A DNA stretch of 64,000 bases, from the NCBI GenBank assembly GCA_964106645.2, contig OZ067039.1, one strand, 5' to 3'. Numbering within the stretch: position 1 is the stretch's first letter; every line of letters starts with the position of its first letter. Source of the stretch: Podarcis pityusensis. Lineage: Eukaryota. The translations under genes were made by a program, and so were the position numbers. Positions 24,963-41,197 of the stretch are shown piece by piece. The notes under the pieces were generated by a model. That model saw only the letters and a list, made by a program, of their open reading frames with translations, made no database searches and was not told the origin of the DNA.

Positions 24963-25094
24963 TCACCTGGAGGAGCTGCGCTCTTTGCTCACGCAGTCAT
25001 CGTGGGAGCTTGTATCGCCATTCCCCATCATGCTGCATGTCCTTCGCTTTTTCCTTCTATGCATCATTCCTTCAGTCTCAGAGCTAGAATCACA
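24963..25094 (-). CDS. JMJD6: JMJD6 coding exon 6 (C-terminus of the 403-aa isoform)
   Basis: Acceptor ttgtttag|TGT; [43 protein letters not shown] then TGA. Exons 1-6 sum to 1212 nt = 403 aa plus stop. Confidence 0.95.
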   Translation of the reverse strand, partial: CDSSSETEGMMHRRKKRRTCSMMGNGDTSSHDDCVSKERSSSR

Positions 25095-25804
25095 CTAAAC
25101 AAGAAATGACAGTAATAAATCCTGACTATCAAAATAGCAATTCTGATCACTGATTAGTAATAATGTCTACATTGTCTGAGGAACAGCATTATTTCATGGT
25201 GACATCTGAAGTGATTACGAGGCTCCTAGAATGTGAGCTGTTAAGAGGCTATTATATTCCTATTTAGATGTCCAAAGATGGGGTAGAATGCAATTAAGTC
25301 CCATTTTTGAACATAATGGCTACACTTCTAGAATCTAGGCATTCCTGGAGGTGGACCCATATCAGTTGGGCTTTGGCCCAAGATTTGGAAATTAAGCCAC
25401 TTCAGTATTCCTTGGTGGACTGTGCCTGGAGACTGACTTTTTCAACTCCCTAGATCTTACAGTGGCATATCACATGTACAAAATTAGAAGAAGAAAAAAC
25501 AAGCATAGCTCAATGGTGACTGAGTGTGCTCACTCCCCACAGAATGCTGCTTGAATGGAGGGGGGAAATGAAAAACATGATGGTTGACCCTGAATAGGAA
25601 CATCCCACACTGCCACCTTTTGTGAAGATTCACTTGTTGATATTACCGACCATCAAAACCTTTTAGATCATCTGCAGGGGTTGGGGAATATAGAAACCAT
25701 TTATATATGGGACCAGCACTAGTGATGCAATCATTTTTGCTAAAGGACACCACCTGAAAGTCAACACCCCCCACTCCAGAACTGTTGTCATACAACCCCA
25801 CCTA

Positions 25805-26023
<219 letters not shown>

Positions 26024-26922
26024 CTAATGGATATACACGCAGATGGCAACATTATTGTACATTTTGCATCTTCAGCCCGTATGACACAGCAGACTATTTC
26101 ACTAGCCAAATGCATCAGCTACAATTCTGGAGTCTGTGTTTACATGCAACTTGGAGCGTTTATTAAAAGTAATTTAACAATATTGACTGGGGTTCTCATG
26201 TACAGTATCTAGGTAAAATAAGAAATGGGATACAGATGTTCTCAATTCCCAATATGCTGCTTAAATGTGATCCAAATTCACTCAACAGTTCAAGCAGGCC
26301 TGTTCCCATCAGTGTAACCATTGCAACTTTGAGATTGCCACCAAAAATACCAGTTGCTGGAAACAACAGGAGAGGGCTATTGCCCATATGTCCTGCTTGT
26401 AAGCGTCTCAAAAGGAATCTGAAAGGCGAAAATGAGAAACAGGATGTTGGATTAGATGGGCCTTTCCTTTTCATCAGTTCAATGGGAAGCCAGATCAGAC
26501 TACTCACATATGTAATCTGAGAAATGAGTACCCACAACAGAGTGAGAATAACTTTAACTGATGCTCCTTTTTCACCATGATAATACATTTCAACTACTGA
26601 ACTAGCATTTTTATTTGATAGCTGGTAATTGTAAGTTTAAACAAAGTGTTCAAATGCATTCCCTGTCTTAAACTATATGTTTAAGTTGAGTCACCTTATT
26701 GAATCTTGAAATCCAGAAGCCTAATTCTCCTTCTGGACTACATGCAAGATGTTGCTATTAGAAAGCCACAATCTTTTTCCAAAATGCAAAAACAAGTACA
26801 CCTTCATCACTTCTGTCTTTCAGATATTCTGTCAAGCATCATTCCAGGCGTACGCAGGAAGCAATATTTAGCTTGTACCGCCAGCATCTGGGAAACCACA
26901 GAAGTAATGATCACATCTCTCA

Positions 26923-27111
<189 letters not shown>

Positions 27112-29678
27112 TTAACTACGCTATTTTTAAACGTAGGCTTGAAAATATGGAAGAGCATGTTTGGAAACAGGTGTATAAGAAGCTTCTTTGAAACCCATGT
27201 CTCCTGTACAATACTCATTCCAATAATGTCTTGGGATAAACACAAAGGTTTACAAATTTGTCACCTCTGCCTTAAAAGTGTGAGGAAAGGGGAGAAATTT
27301 TTCACCTTTCTAAAAAAGCAGTGAGAGGTTAGCAAGGCCCTCTGCAAAAGCTACTCCCCAAGTACTCTGTAATGTGCAAGAAACTCAGGGATGGGGTCTT
27401 TTCTAAATCACTTCAAGCCAGGCTTTAGCAGACAACAAAAACAAGTTGAGACTTTTCCTGCTTTTATAAACAACCCCAGTTCCTAGAAATATTCACACAT
27501 TGTGATAAACCATGCAGTGTTCAGCATGATGTGCATGAGTTGTGTGGCTCAGACTAATGTAACCCATCCTCCCCACAGTCAAGAGGGCGACTTCAGCAGC
27601 ATTTCATTTTACTTTCACTGGAACAGGAAAATGTTCTTAAAACCCTGACTAGCTTAAAAAGCGAGTTTCAGAAACCAGGGTTTGAAGCTGGCTTGTTTTG
27701 AAACTGACAACCAACTTTGTTACAAGCTGCAATCCCTGGTCTTTACAACAGGACAAGCTGAGATAAGTGAAACTGAACAATGTCAAAATCTTCCTCCCTG
27801 ACATGGAGGACAGAGAAGTAGTATGTAGACCAAAGGCTTACAACCATAAAAACAATAATGAAGAACAATATCCTACTGCATTATAAACAAACTGAAAAAG
27901 GAAAAAACAACCTACTTTGGGAGGAAAGGCAGGGTATAAATTTATAAATAAAGCAAACCCATATATGGGAATGAAAATGAGTATTTTTGTCCCCAAATCA
28001 ACCCCTGATTGACATCGATGAAGAAAATTCAGAGTGGCAGAGCATGACACTACATAAGAAGAGGAAAAGGGACTGCTTAGCAAACAGTGGATGAAATAAA
28101 AGGGTTTCCTTATACTCTGGGACTGTTCACCAGATGAGCCATCCTTCTAGGACAGCCTTCCCCAACTTGGTGTCCTCCAAATATTTTACACTACAAATCT
28201 CATCAGCCACAGCCAGCATGGCTGATGGTCAGGGCTGATCTGGACCTACTCTATATGTTCTCCACAGAGAGAACATGCAATGCAGTCCGGTCCCTTGCAG
28301 ATTTACCTGGAAATACGCCTCACTGGGTTCAATAGGATTTAGAGTGTTCACTTACTTGGAAGTCCCACCAAACATGGTGAGACTTGCTTCCAAATAAATC
28401 TGTGGAAGGCTGGGCTGTTAGCCACAGCATCCAATCAATATATCAAGTAAGACAGAAGATGCAATGAACATTAAATGATAAATGAAATAGAAGCACAACA
28501 GCTTGGTTTTTATTTGGGATCTTATTGTTTCAACTAAACAAAACTATTGTATTTAAACAAAACTGTTTTGTTTTTGCCTCAGTATGGTTTTAAAAGAACA
28601 AAGGAGTCACAGAAGAATGGAATTCTGTTTCCTCCACTGTTAGTGGGATACTTAATATGTAATCTATGTTGCATAGAAACTCTGTGTCAAATACCAGAGA
28701 TCTATTTTTAAGCTGACTTTTTATGACAAGAATATTTATTTCCCTCACATATGAAGCTACAGCTAAAGACATGATCAATTGATTACATTTACACATTTCT
28801 TATGAAAGTTATAAGCACCTAAGAAAAAAACAGTTTATAAGGGAAACTGAGAAGGCAACTCATGTTAACTGAAGACAGTGATATATTTCTGATACGGAAT
28901 CAACAGTTCTACGAAGACAACTGACCAAAAACCCTCCAAACACAAGAGACAGAGGCCTACTCTGGTCTGGTTATTATTTGACATCTGGCTCACGTCCTAG
29001 AAGTGTGCATTTAAAAGCCAAAAACCTGATCTGGTCCACAGATCACAGAACCAGTATTTGCTACTGGGTCAGCCCCAACCTGCCAGAGACCATAATACCC
29101 ATGTACTTGAGTTTCTGAAATTAAAAGTTGGAGACAGAAGCAGAGAAATTATTTCCCTAAGGAACAAATTGAAATGAGGGTCCGAGTGTTTACTTCCCTG
29201 CTTCATATACCTTTTCTGGAGAGATGCAGGTTTGTACAGATGTGACAAGAGGTGCTAGGCCTTTTGTTAGAGACGAAACAAAAAAGTAATTTTAAGAAGC
29301 AAGATCAAGTGGAGTCCACTTGTCCACTTTCGTTTTCTGCTTCCATTTCACCGTGGAAGTCTCAAAGCTGACAAATCATCTCGCCTATTGTGCCAGTTAA
29401 TCTGCTTGGAACTGAAAGGACATTATTCAAGGGGCTTCCTCCCACTTCCTAATCTTCAAAGCTTTAGCACATCTCCATCTCGGTTGCCTTGCTAAAGTAT
29501 ACATTATTTCAGGATTACCGCCCATCACATTTGCTATGCATCCTTCTTGTTCAACACACACAGCCTAGCATAACAGAATCTATGAAGAACTCTTTTGACA
29601 CTTTGTTTCGCATCTGTCCAGGCTTGGATATTGCACCAGAACTGTATCTTCTATAACTTCACTTCAGCACAAAACTTA

Positions 29679-30095
<417 letters not shown>

Positions 30096-31186
30096 TTATC
30101 TTTTGTTTGTATTTGAGGAGAGATGAAAGCAAAGAGATGAAAGAACGATAAATATTACACTGCTCTATACAAGTTCAGTATTGCCTAGGTTAACCAGCAG
30201 CTTTCTCCAAGCTCTCCAGAGGCCTTTCCCAGCCTGCTATTCATTTAACTAGAAACTGCATTATTCCGCCTCCCATCCAAGATGAACCCTTCTTCAACCC
30301 ATCTGGCTGAGTTATCCCAGAACCTGGGGAGACGTCTCCATAGAAATGTTACAAAGGCAATTAAAAGGTTGATGGCATATAAAAAGTAAATTAAAATCTA
30401 TGATTATGCCAGTATAATGTGAACTGCCCAAGATCTATGGATAAAGGGAAGTGTACAAATCTAATAAATAATAATAGTAAATAGTCAAAAAAAGCCTACA
30501 GAAGGCAAGTTTACCCAAATGAAGAACAGAAGTTAGAATACCTTTTGAAAAAGGAAGGTGTAAGAGACTGGGGCATTTTAATTTTATTTCTCCTATTGTA
30601 TTGCAATTTGAAATTCTATGTAATGCAAATTGTAATATAGCAAAATACAGTAAAAGAAATAAAAGAAGCAACAAAAAATCAATTGGAAATCATGTAGCAC
30701 TTAGCACAGTTCTGTGAGGGGAATGCTTCGGAACTAATGATCTGTACCATAATTTTGTTAGTGAAATATGTTAACATGGTATGAGTGTGAAACTGTGGAA
30801 ACCCCACCCCCCAAAAAAGTAAGGAACCTGATTACCCTGAGATGTAGCTATGAAAAGTGTATATAAGCTTAGGAAAATGCACTGCAAAGAATGTAAGCCA
30901 AAACTGTGTAAATGATACACCAAAAGGGTGACAGTAGGAGTGAGGAGGAACATCTGGCATTCGCATAGGAAGTACAAGGTCATTTCCATAAAATATGGGT
31001 CTTTTACGTCTCTCCATTTCTCATTAGCTCTTCCCTATTATGTTTTTTGTTAACTTTTAGTGAAAGTTCTGAAATAAAAACAACTCTGGCGTACCCATGC
31101 TGTATATGCAGGGGAAATGGAAAATGTTGGACCCCTGCATCTGTTTAAAAATCACTGCCCTTTGCTGTTTCTATCCCGAGGCATCA

Positions 31187-31729
<543 letters not shown>

Positions 31730-34049
31730 TTAAGCAGTCTTTAAAATCCCGCCACCCAAAAAAAATCTTCCTTAGTTCTACAAGGAGATAGACTCATCCA
31801 GGCAACCAATAGGCAGTGGATTTTATTCTGAATGCATCTGAATAATAGCACTATGTGATCTACACTTTTAAAAATATGTTTTTAAATGGCCAGATAATCT
31901 GATATGCTTAATGAAATACAAGAGATTCTAGACCTTAACTGGCACCTTCAAGGAAAAACATTGTGTATGGTAATAATTATTTTAATATAATTTCTACAAC
32001 ACTTTAACAGTGCAACCATATACATGCCTATTCAAACTGATTTCAGCAGGACTTACTCTCAGATAAACAAATACCGGAGGGCAGCCTCAGTGTACAAAGG
32101 AATTTAAAATATAGCAATAAAAGTGACAATTACAGATCCCCCTTTAGATATGAAAGCTTCAAAACACATAAATTTTGTTCTACACTGAAAACATGCAGTT
32201 CTAAATGATTCTATTCTTATTCCTCATTAAAATGAAGCACAGCACTAACAATATCCTAATTGCTGAAAAGTATATCTGAATCATCACCATGAAACAATGA
32301 GTGAAATCAGAGGGATAGAGAAAACATTGCAACTTAATCCAAAGGCACCCAAGATTCTTGCTGCAGCTAAAAGTTCTCTGTACAAATAGTGAAGTACTTG
32401 AATGGAAATTTCCATTCCTCTTCATGCATAAATTGCTATGCATTAAGATAAGATATTACTTTGTATTTCAACACACATCAACAGAATTCCCCCCCGCCCC
32501 TACATTTATGTCACACCATAAAGATTCCAAAGTTTCAAGATAACCAAGTTATGTCAAACAGTCAGATCTGTAAACATCTGCAACACATGAAGCCTGATCA
32601 TATGGAGATTTGCTCAGAAGTCCCACCAAGTTCAATGTGCAGAGGATTGCACATTAAGAGTAATTTTATGGTCCATAATATTATTGGAAACAGACTATTT
32701 TTGGTGTGCTTATGATTTGAATTTTAAATGGTTGCTTTCCACTCTGAGAGTAGAGTTACAGATACAAAAAAATAGAGACCAGAAGCCTTAGATTAATGTT
32801 TCCTTGATAACTACCCACTGTAAAGATGACACAGGATTCTATGTTACATAAGGAAACTTGTCACCATGAGCCTCTGAAAATTGTTTCCCTTATTCAGTGT
32901 TAGAAACTCAGATATGTACACTAGGTGGCAAATAACTCCTTAAACCAGGATTACAGTCGCCCAAACAGAATGTCTAGCTGCCATTTCTGTGCCAGACAAC
33001 TCAAAAGTTGTATTTTTCAGTAAGACATTTGATTCTTAAAATTCATTCTATATGTGCAGATAAATATAATGGATAGAATTCAACTGGATGTGTTGCTAGT
33101 GTGTGAAGACAGTCAAGATCCAAGGATCCCCAGGCTTGCACCTCCAGATGGCAGAGATGTCAGGTGCCATCCTGGCACCTGGGCATCTTCACTTGGTCAC
33201 AACTGCTCTTGGCACCTGGCAAATTTAGAATGCTGTATACAACAAGTTCTACTTTGTGTCGCTTGTTCCAAAACTATTGAGACAAGATTTGTACAGTTTC
33301 TTGAGAATATGGAAGTTCTTGAGTTAACAACCGATTTATTTCCCAGATCTCCAGCAACAAGTGTTCTACCACTTTTCACAGCATACTCATAAGCTCACTC
33401 TCTCTGGGTCATTGTACCATATAAAATAAAGAACCATGGATGGCAGGACAGTGCCAAACAGCTTTCTGTTCCCAGGGTGTGCTCTGAAGGCACATAGCTG
33501 AAGCTATGGAGGTGTTCAGTCTGACACCGCCTGGCAACCACTTATATGCCACCTTAGGTTCCATAGTCAGAGAAAGCAGGACAAAAATGGAAGGAAATAT
33601 GGAAAGAGCAGCTACTTATGCTCTTGCAAAGTACTTTTTTTTAAATGCCAATGGGAAAAACCCCAAATCTGCAGCAACAGTTGCACTGACAAGACTAAAG
33701 CCTTATCCCCATTTATGTGACAGTAGACCCCACTGAACAACACAGTAGCTTGCTTCTGAGCTGACATCTATCAGCTTGCACCACAGAGTTAAGTGAAGCA
33801 TGCAAGTGCATACAAGCAGCCTCTGGTGATTGCGGCTTCCAGTCCAGGAAAGTTCACACCACAATACACCTTAGTCTTCAAGGGATCACAAGACTTCTGC
33901 TTTCCCTATACCTGTATACATATTATATACAGTGTGTGTGTGTGTACACACACACCCTATGTGGCTTTATGATGAATCAAAAGGGAAACCGGCACGCGTT
34001 CACGGGGTGGCTGCTGTGGGTTAAGCCCCTTTGCCCCTAGGTAGGACTG

Positions 34050-34700
<651 letters not shown>

Positions 34701-35979
34701 GTGGCAGGCTCTTACCATTGTTGTTTTTATTTAAAAAAAACGGGAACTGCACTGCCGTTTAGGGAGGAATGGTGCATAAGATGTGGCTGGCTGGCTGGCT
34801 GGCTTGGGTCAGAAAGCTCATTCCCAATGTCAGTCTGGATTGTAAGAGGAGAGGCTGAAAGAAGAGAAACAATCACACAGCCATGTGGCACCGTGAAGAC
34901 TTAATCCTAACGCGTAAGGTTTTGTGGGCTCGAGATTCCTCAGATGCACCGTGAAGCGGCCTTGAGGTCACGAAAGCTTTTTCACCAATGCATGTGTTCA
35001 TAAGGGGACACACACAACTCTTTGGGTGGTATTCAACTCAGGGGAGACCCACTGAAATGCAAGAACAAATTAATTTCAAGTTAATTTCAGTAGGTGTACT
35101 CTGAATAGAACTTCGTCGAATCCCACCCTTCGTTTTTGCTACACGACAGTTACCACTTCCAGGAAAGAAAGAGACGCATTAAAGGCTGCAACCATCGCTC
35201 GAGGAGATGGTTAAACAATGCATGTTGAATCATACTTAAAGTCAGTGGCTCAGCCCCAGCAAGTGTGCAAACGACTGCAGCAATTTATGGACAAAGCATG
35301 CTGGATATGCTCCGTCAGTGTGAGGTGCTTTATATTTCTTGGAAACAACATGTGGCATTCCTTATTTGCTTCCAACCCATAGGCATTGCCGGACTCTGCG
35401 CAGGGATGAGGACCATGTCGCAACGTGGGTCTGATCACAGGTGCCTGATATCGTGCATCGGATGGAAGTGGGTCCCACGGAAGTTCTTTAAAAAGAACCA
35501 AGAACTAAAAACTTCCATGCATCTAAGTGGGCTCTGATCCACGAAAGCTCCTGGCCATTATCAGTCAGCTGCTCTTCGCTGTGTGTTGGTTCAGGTGTTC
35601 TGTCTCCGCATTTCACCTCATCTTATTTTTATTTTAATTCCGGAGTAGTAATGCATTAATTGAACCAACGGGGGTACTGCAGGGGAACGCCTGAGAACCA
35701 TGAAGAATGAGTAAAACAAAAATTAAAAGGCGAGGGACCTCTGCTGCAGCACAAACTCCATCGTCCCGTCTGCTGCTTTTCCCTAATCCCACCCTTCTCG
35801 TAACTGGCTGCGATAGGGTGCTTGGCCGGAAGACGCCTTTAACGTTCTTGACTGCGAATGGTCCACTTACACATCAGTCCATAGCGAGTAAGATACAGCC
35901 AATGCTCAGGAAGCACCTCATGGTTGTCTGTCTATGTACAGTACCGGGAGCTTTCCTTCTTGCGGGGAAAAGGGTTCCC

Positions 35980-36087
35980 ATGTGCGAGCCGGAATGCAAA
36001 TTCAGTGTGAGGGAGTACAGGTTTGCAGGAGAGCATCAGGAGGAGGAGGAAGAAGAAAGAGATCAGCTAGTGGTGCTTATTCCTGAG
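35980..36087 (+). CDS. METTL23: METTL23 first coding exon (start codon uncertain)
   Basis: MCEPECKFSVREYRFAGEHQEEEEEERDQLVVLIPE; donor GAG|GTGCTG, phase 0, joins in frame to VLDPQYGMYVWPC. The frame stays open upstream to ATG 35707. Confidence 0.75.
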
Positions 36088-37230
36088 GTGCTGATCCCTT
36101 ATCATTTTTTAAATGCGTATTTGCAGGAAGCAGAATTTGGAACTATGCAATTTAAAGCAGAAGAAATATGGGGCAGGAGATACATATACAGAAATATATG
36201 CATCAAATGGGTCTGCATTTACTAGTAAATTGCACACCAATCATTTGGTGTTGCTTGCCACTTAGAGACGTTTTAATGAAAGCCGCTTAATTTATTTTGA
36301 TAGGCAAAATCACCTAAGTTGTTTTCATGTTAACTCCTAGGAGAAAACTAAGGGCAATTTTGTAGGATTTTTAAAATGTTATTTTTTGTGATAAGCTTCA
36401 TTTTAAAATAAAACGTATTGTGAAGATGAAAAGGTAGCCTTGTTATTTTAGTCCCACCCTGCAAAGGTTTGGCAGGACATTCCGTTGCAAAAGAAAAGTA
36501 ATGCTTTTTTTCCAAATCTGTTGACAAGGAGGTAACAATGACGACATTTCATCTTAGTTCAGGACTATTTAAATTTCAAGTATTGATCTGAAAGTGGAAA
36601 CCACTTAGGTTGCAATCTTGTGCCCACTTACATGGGCATAAATCCCATTGAACTAAATGGAGCATTCTTCTGAGTAGAGATGTACAAGACTGCACTGTTA
36701 GTACATTATGCTGATTTTTTTTCTTAGCGTTCACCAGCAGCTGGAAATCTGATGGCTCTTCCATAATGTTCCTGTGATCCATTGGCACAATTTGTTCCAT
36801 TATTTGTGAATCACTGAAGTAAGGTACAGGTGATCATTTTGTAGGACAAATCAATGAATTCAGGAATTTTTTTTCCGTCTCTTTTGTATCTCAAGCTTCT
36901 ATTTGCTCTGCAGATCTTTGCCACTTCTACTCTCTCACAACTAAACAAATCACAGCATATATGCACTGTCTCGACCATTTGCACACGTTTATGTATGGTT
37001 CATGCCTCAGTGATGTGCCAGACTGGGTTGAAACTTCAGCACAGTTTGCATTTATATTTTTAAAAATAACAGGAAGAGTATGTGTGTTTGCCTGTGTATT
37101 TGTCCTTTATGCACAAGTGCTTTATAGGTAATTTGACTTCTTATCTATATGTGTTAATTTAGCAAATACAACGTATGGTTGACAAATGCTTCCATAACAT
37201 ATCTTTTCTTTTTTTGACGTTGGCTATAAC

Positions 37231-37399
37231 CAGTGCTTTCTTTCTGGGGGGACGCATACCCCTAAACATTTTGTGAATCTTTGTGTTTTTGTCTATTTAC
37301 TGTACTGTATTTATTTCCTCCGATTTAAACTATAAAATGGTGATTTTCTTGAGTCAAAATGAGAGTACCCCTAAACATTTTTTTAGAAAAAAAGCACTG
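37231..37399. mobile_element. hAT-type MITE in a METTL23 intron
   Basis: TIRs CAGTGCTTTCTTTCT / AGAAAAAAAGCACTG; 8-bp TSD GCTATAAC / ACTATAAC (7/8); internal direct repeat tacccctaaacatttt. Confidence 0.85.
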
Positions 37400-37981
37400 A
37401 CTATAACTATGATAAAGTTACAAGAGTTAACGTTACTGGTGGAATAATAGTGGCAATGCTGACATTCTTTAAAATGTGCAGATGTTCAATGCTGCTGCTA
37501 GCCTCTTTTGTTTGAGATTGTAACAGCACTTTAGATTACATAGACTCTAATGAATCCTGGAGTCATTACACATGGTAGCATGGTAGTATTGCTTGGCCAT
37601 CTAAACAAGAGTTAACGGTCTCAGTTGTTGTGTTACATCACTTTTTAAATTGTTTATGTGTCGGGTCCCTATCCTGGCAACCAGCAACCATCATTTTGCT
37701 TCACTGAATTTCACTGGCACTGTATAACTGATCAATGACAGCAACTCCTTTTATGGACACCCAGCAGAAAAAAAAACAATTGTCTTCTGCAAAACAAACA
37801 TGATTCCCCCTTGATCTATTACACAATTGCAATTGCAGCTCTTTCTCAGTATGTGGTTTCTAATGAAAAATTCCATTACAAAAAGGAAAACTGATGAAAA
37901 CTTAAAATGCACCTGTATCATGTTTCTTTAAAAGATGTTTCTGAAGCAACCATGTTTTACAGCAAGATGTCCTTTTTTCAG

Positions 37982-38086
37982 GTCCTTGATCCCCAATATG
38001 GCATGTACGTTTGGCCCTGTGCAGTGGTTCTGGCCCAATATGTGTGGTTTCATAGAAGACTAGTCTGCGGCAAGAGAATTTTGGAG
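37982..38086 (+). CDS. METTL23: METTL23 coding exon 2
   Basis: Acceptor ttttttcag|GTC; VLDPQYGMYVWPCAVVLAQYVWFHRRLVCGKRILE; donor GAG|GTGAAT; 105 nt. Confidence 0.95.
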
Positions 38087-38747
38087 GTGAATCATCGTAA
38101 TCATTTTATTATCATCTTCATCATTATAAAATTTACCTGACCTTTGCCAGCAGGTCCCAGTGCGGGTTACAATTAAAAAGTGAAAATAGATTAGTCACAG
38201 GAATAGGGTAGGCCCTGAAAACACACATGGAAATATAGGTTTATAGTATGAAATTATAATATTAAAATAAAGTAAACTATGTTTTTAAAACATGTGTGTG
38301 ACCCTTCAGATGCTATCAAACTCTGCAACACAGAGGGCTTTGACAGGATCAACTCTATCCACTGGAAAATCCTCTATAGTATTCAGGAATTCCTAGTTCC
38401 ATAAATCTCTGGGACATGGACCATATCAATAGGGTAGCAGACCTTGCAACTATATCTGCTTCCCCATTCAAGCTTTCCTGCTAAAAAACTGCAACAAACA
38501 AATGTAGACCAGACCACAACTGTTGACACAGTTCATTTCTGAAGGAAACGCTTAATCAAAGATTAAATAAGACCTTAGAAATCGGATTGTGCAATGAGGC
38601 TTCTAGTGAGTAAACTGCTGGTGTTTTCGTTTGTGTCATTTAGCAGTTATCGATGATCATGAGGAAGAAACACACCCAAGCTGCAGTAAAGTTCTGAACT
38701 CATTATACGTGTATTTGGTGTTAAAAATCAGTTTTTACTCTGTTTAG

Positions 38748-38985
38748 ATTGGAGCAGGTGTGAGTCTTCCTGGGATAGTGGCAGCAAAATGTGGAGCAGA
38801 AATTATATTGTCAGATAACGCAGAATCCCCTCAGTGTTTGGACAACTGTCGAAGAAGCTGCCAGATGAATAACCTCTCAGGAGTACATGTCATAGGACTC
38901 ACCTGGGGTCATGTATCACCCAGTCTATTGGCCTTACCTCCAGTGGACATTATTTTGGCATCTGACATTTTTTTCGAACCAGAAG
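38748..38985 (+). CDS. METTL23: METTL23 coding exon 3 (SAM-binding motif I, DxxF motif)
   Basis: Acceptor tgtttag|ATT; IGAGVSLPGIVAAKCGAEIILSD...LTWG...DIILASDIFFEPE; donor AAG|GTAATT; 238 nt. Confidence 0.96.
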
Positions 38986-41112
38986 GTAATTCTAAAGTTT
39001 TATCTACTGCTGTGCATGTTCTGATCATCTACAGCATAGAATTTGACACCAAATTAAATTGGTGTGAATGGTGGCTACAAAAACCTGAGTAGTTCCTCAG
39101 CTCTCCAGGCCACTCCTGTCTGCCATGTGTGTTATCCAAATTGCTGAAGAAAATATTATTCCCCTTGATTTATATTTTTTTTTTTACAGAGGCTGCGGTT
39201 AACAGCGCAAATGTTGAAAAACTGGTTCCACATGCAAATTCTGTCCACTGCATGTCCATAATAATGGACAGGCAGTAAAATACTAGTGATGTGGAAACTA
39301 GCAAAGGAAGTTAAAAGGAATAAAAAAGGATATTCCTTCCTTAGACTATTCTTAGAGCACTTAGACTATCATCAAAACACAAAGTATGAGAGCTCTGCAA
39401 TGACAGAAATGGTAAATCGTTGATTTAGGCACTGCAAGAGTATACTAGGATAGAGTAACTTAGAAAGTAAATGGAAGTTTTTCTTAAATTACTTAATTAC
39501 TGACTCATGGAAATCTAGTGAAGTATTTATATCTAGCGAATATTTGCTTTTCATTAATATGTATCAGACGCTTAGCATCATTGGTCAATTATATGAAAAT
39601 GAATTCATTTTCTTATATTCCAGTCTTCCTTCCAACAAGAGCAGAATGCCCAACATGTCCACAATAAAAAAAACATATGAAGCTGTTCTGGACCATTACT
39701 CATCTTGGTCAGCATTTTCTATTGCTAAAAGTCTATGTGAAAAAAGCAACTTGGTCCTACACTTTTTTTTGGATATAGTTTTGATCAGGGCCAGATTCTT
39801 AAGCAGGCTAAGAATGCAATGACCTGGGGGCCACTATTTTCATAATGCTGTGGTGGTTTTAAAAATACAGGTATTGGAACAGCAACAAAAATCCCTTCAA
39901 GCACATCAGAAATGAAAACTGTAGTTACAAAAGTATTTTGTGTGTTTGAATTTGTAGAAAAGTCCATCAAGACTGTTAGCAAAGTAGTAAAAATAAAGTT
40001 TGAGAACCACTAGTCTATAGGGCTGGAGAACCTGTGGTCCTCCAGATGTTGCTGGACTTTTAAGTCTCATTAGCTTGGCTGTGAGGATTTGTAATCTATC
40101 CCGACTTGCTGTGGAAATCATGTAATGAAGTTTTCAAACTCTTCTCATTACCCAAGGTATTTTAATGAAGCCAAATCCCAACACCTGTCTGCGAAGTGTC
40201 TATTCCACCATCAAGCCATGGCCCAGTCCCCTATGAACTATAATACTGTTGATTCAATTGTTGTTCAAGTGATAGCACAATGAATTGGGCACCAGCCAGT
40301 CTTAAGGTTGTAAAATTCTGCATACTAGATGGCACCTGACACAAATAGGACAGCAACACACCTTCCTCACTCTTTCGTGTGCTTGTAATCATTTTAATTT
40401 TTACAATCTTAGGAGCTGCAAATAACCATTATCATGGCAGTACGGGAACATACACTGTGGCCTTTTATTGATATGTGGTAGAGGCAGACTATTCCACCAG
40501 CACTTTCTTCAAAAAATTAGTCCAGACCAGTAAAGGCTATGTAAAGCTACCCGATACACACGTGTGTGTGTGTGTACAGTGTAATATTCTTCTGCACTTG
40601 TCACATGGGAAGAGTTTATTTTGAAATGGGAATCAGATACAATGGTTGTACTTTTATTCAGCTGGATAAACAAATAATATAGTTGCAAGAGTGGGGAACC
40701 TTTGGTTCCCCAACTCCCATTAGCCTAAGCCAGTGTAGCCATGGGCCAAGGATGCGGTTGGCAGTCCCATTCACTACCCATTATGTAGAAACTTGGTCAA
40801 GATCTGAAAAACAGACAGAACTCATGTGCAAAACTGGATGAAAGCCCCACACACTCTAAAAGAACAAAGCCTGTATGAAGAGGCTTTTTAGAATAGATGT
40901 TACTACAACTTATACTTCTGATAACAGTGTTTATGCCATTGTACAGCAAAATATAGTGCACATAATTTACAAACTTCTACACATTTATATCCCTTCTCCA
41001 ACATGGAATAAATGGCAGCTTAGGTTTTTAAAGACCAAAGTAAAAAAGGCACAAAAGTAAAATGCCACCACTTTACAGTATTATTGCATTAAATACTTCC
41101 ATTATTTCATAG

Positions 41113-41197
41113 ACTTTGAAGATGTTATAAGTACAGTGCACTACCTAATGGAAAAGAATCCACATGCTCAGTTCTGGACTACACATCAAATCAGAAG
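41113..41197 (+). CDS. METTL23: METTL23 coding exon 4
   Basis: Acceptor ttcatag|AC; DFEDVISTVHYLMEKNPHAQFWTTHQIRS; donor AAG|GTATGC; 85 nt. Confidence 0.95.

Noticed and set aside
33932-33956. (GT)n(AC)n palindrome near JMJD6 exon 1
   Set aside because: Short abutting dinucleotide repeats; self-complementarity is expected and nothing suggests function.
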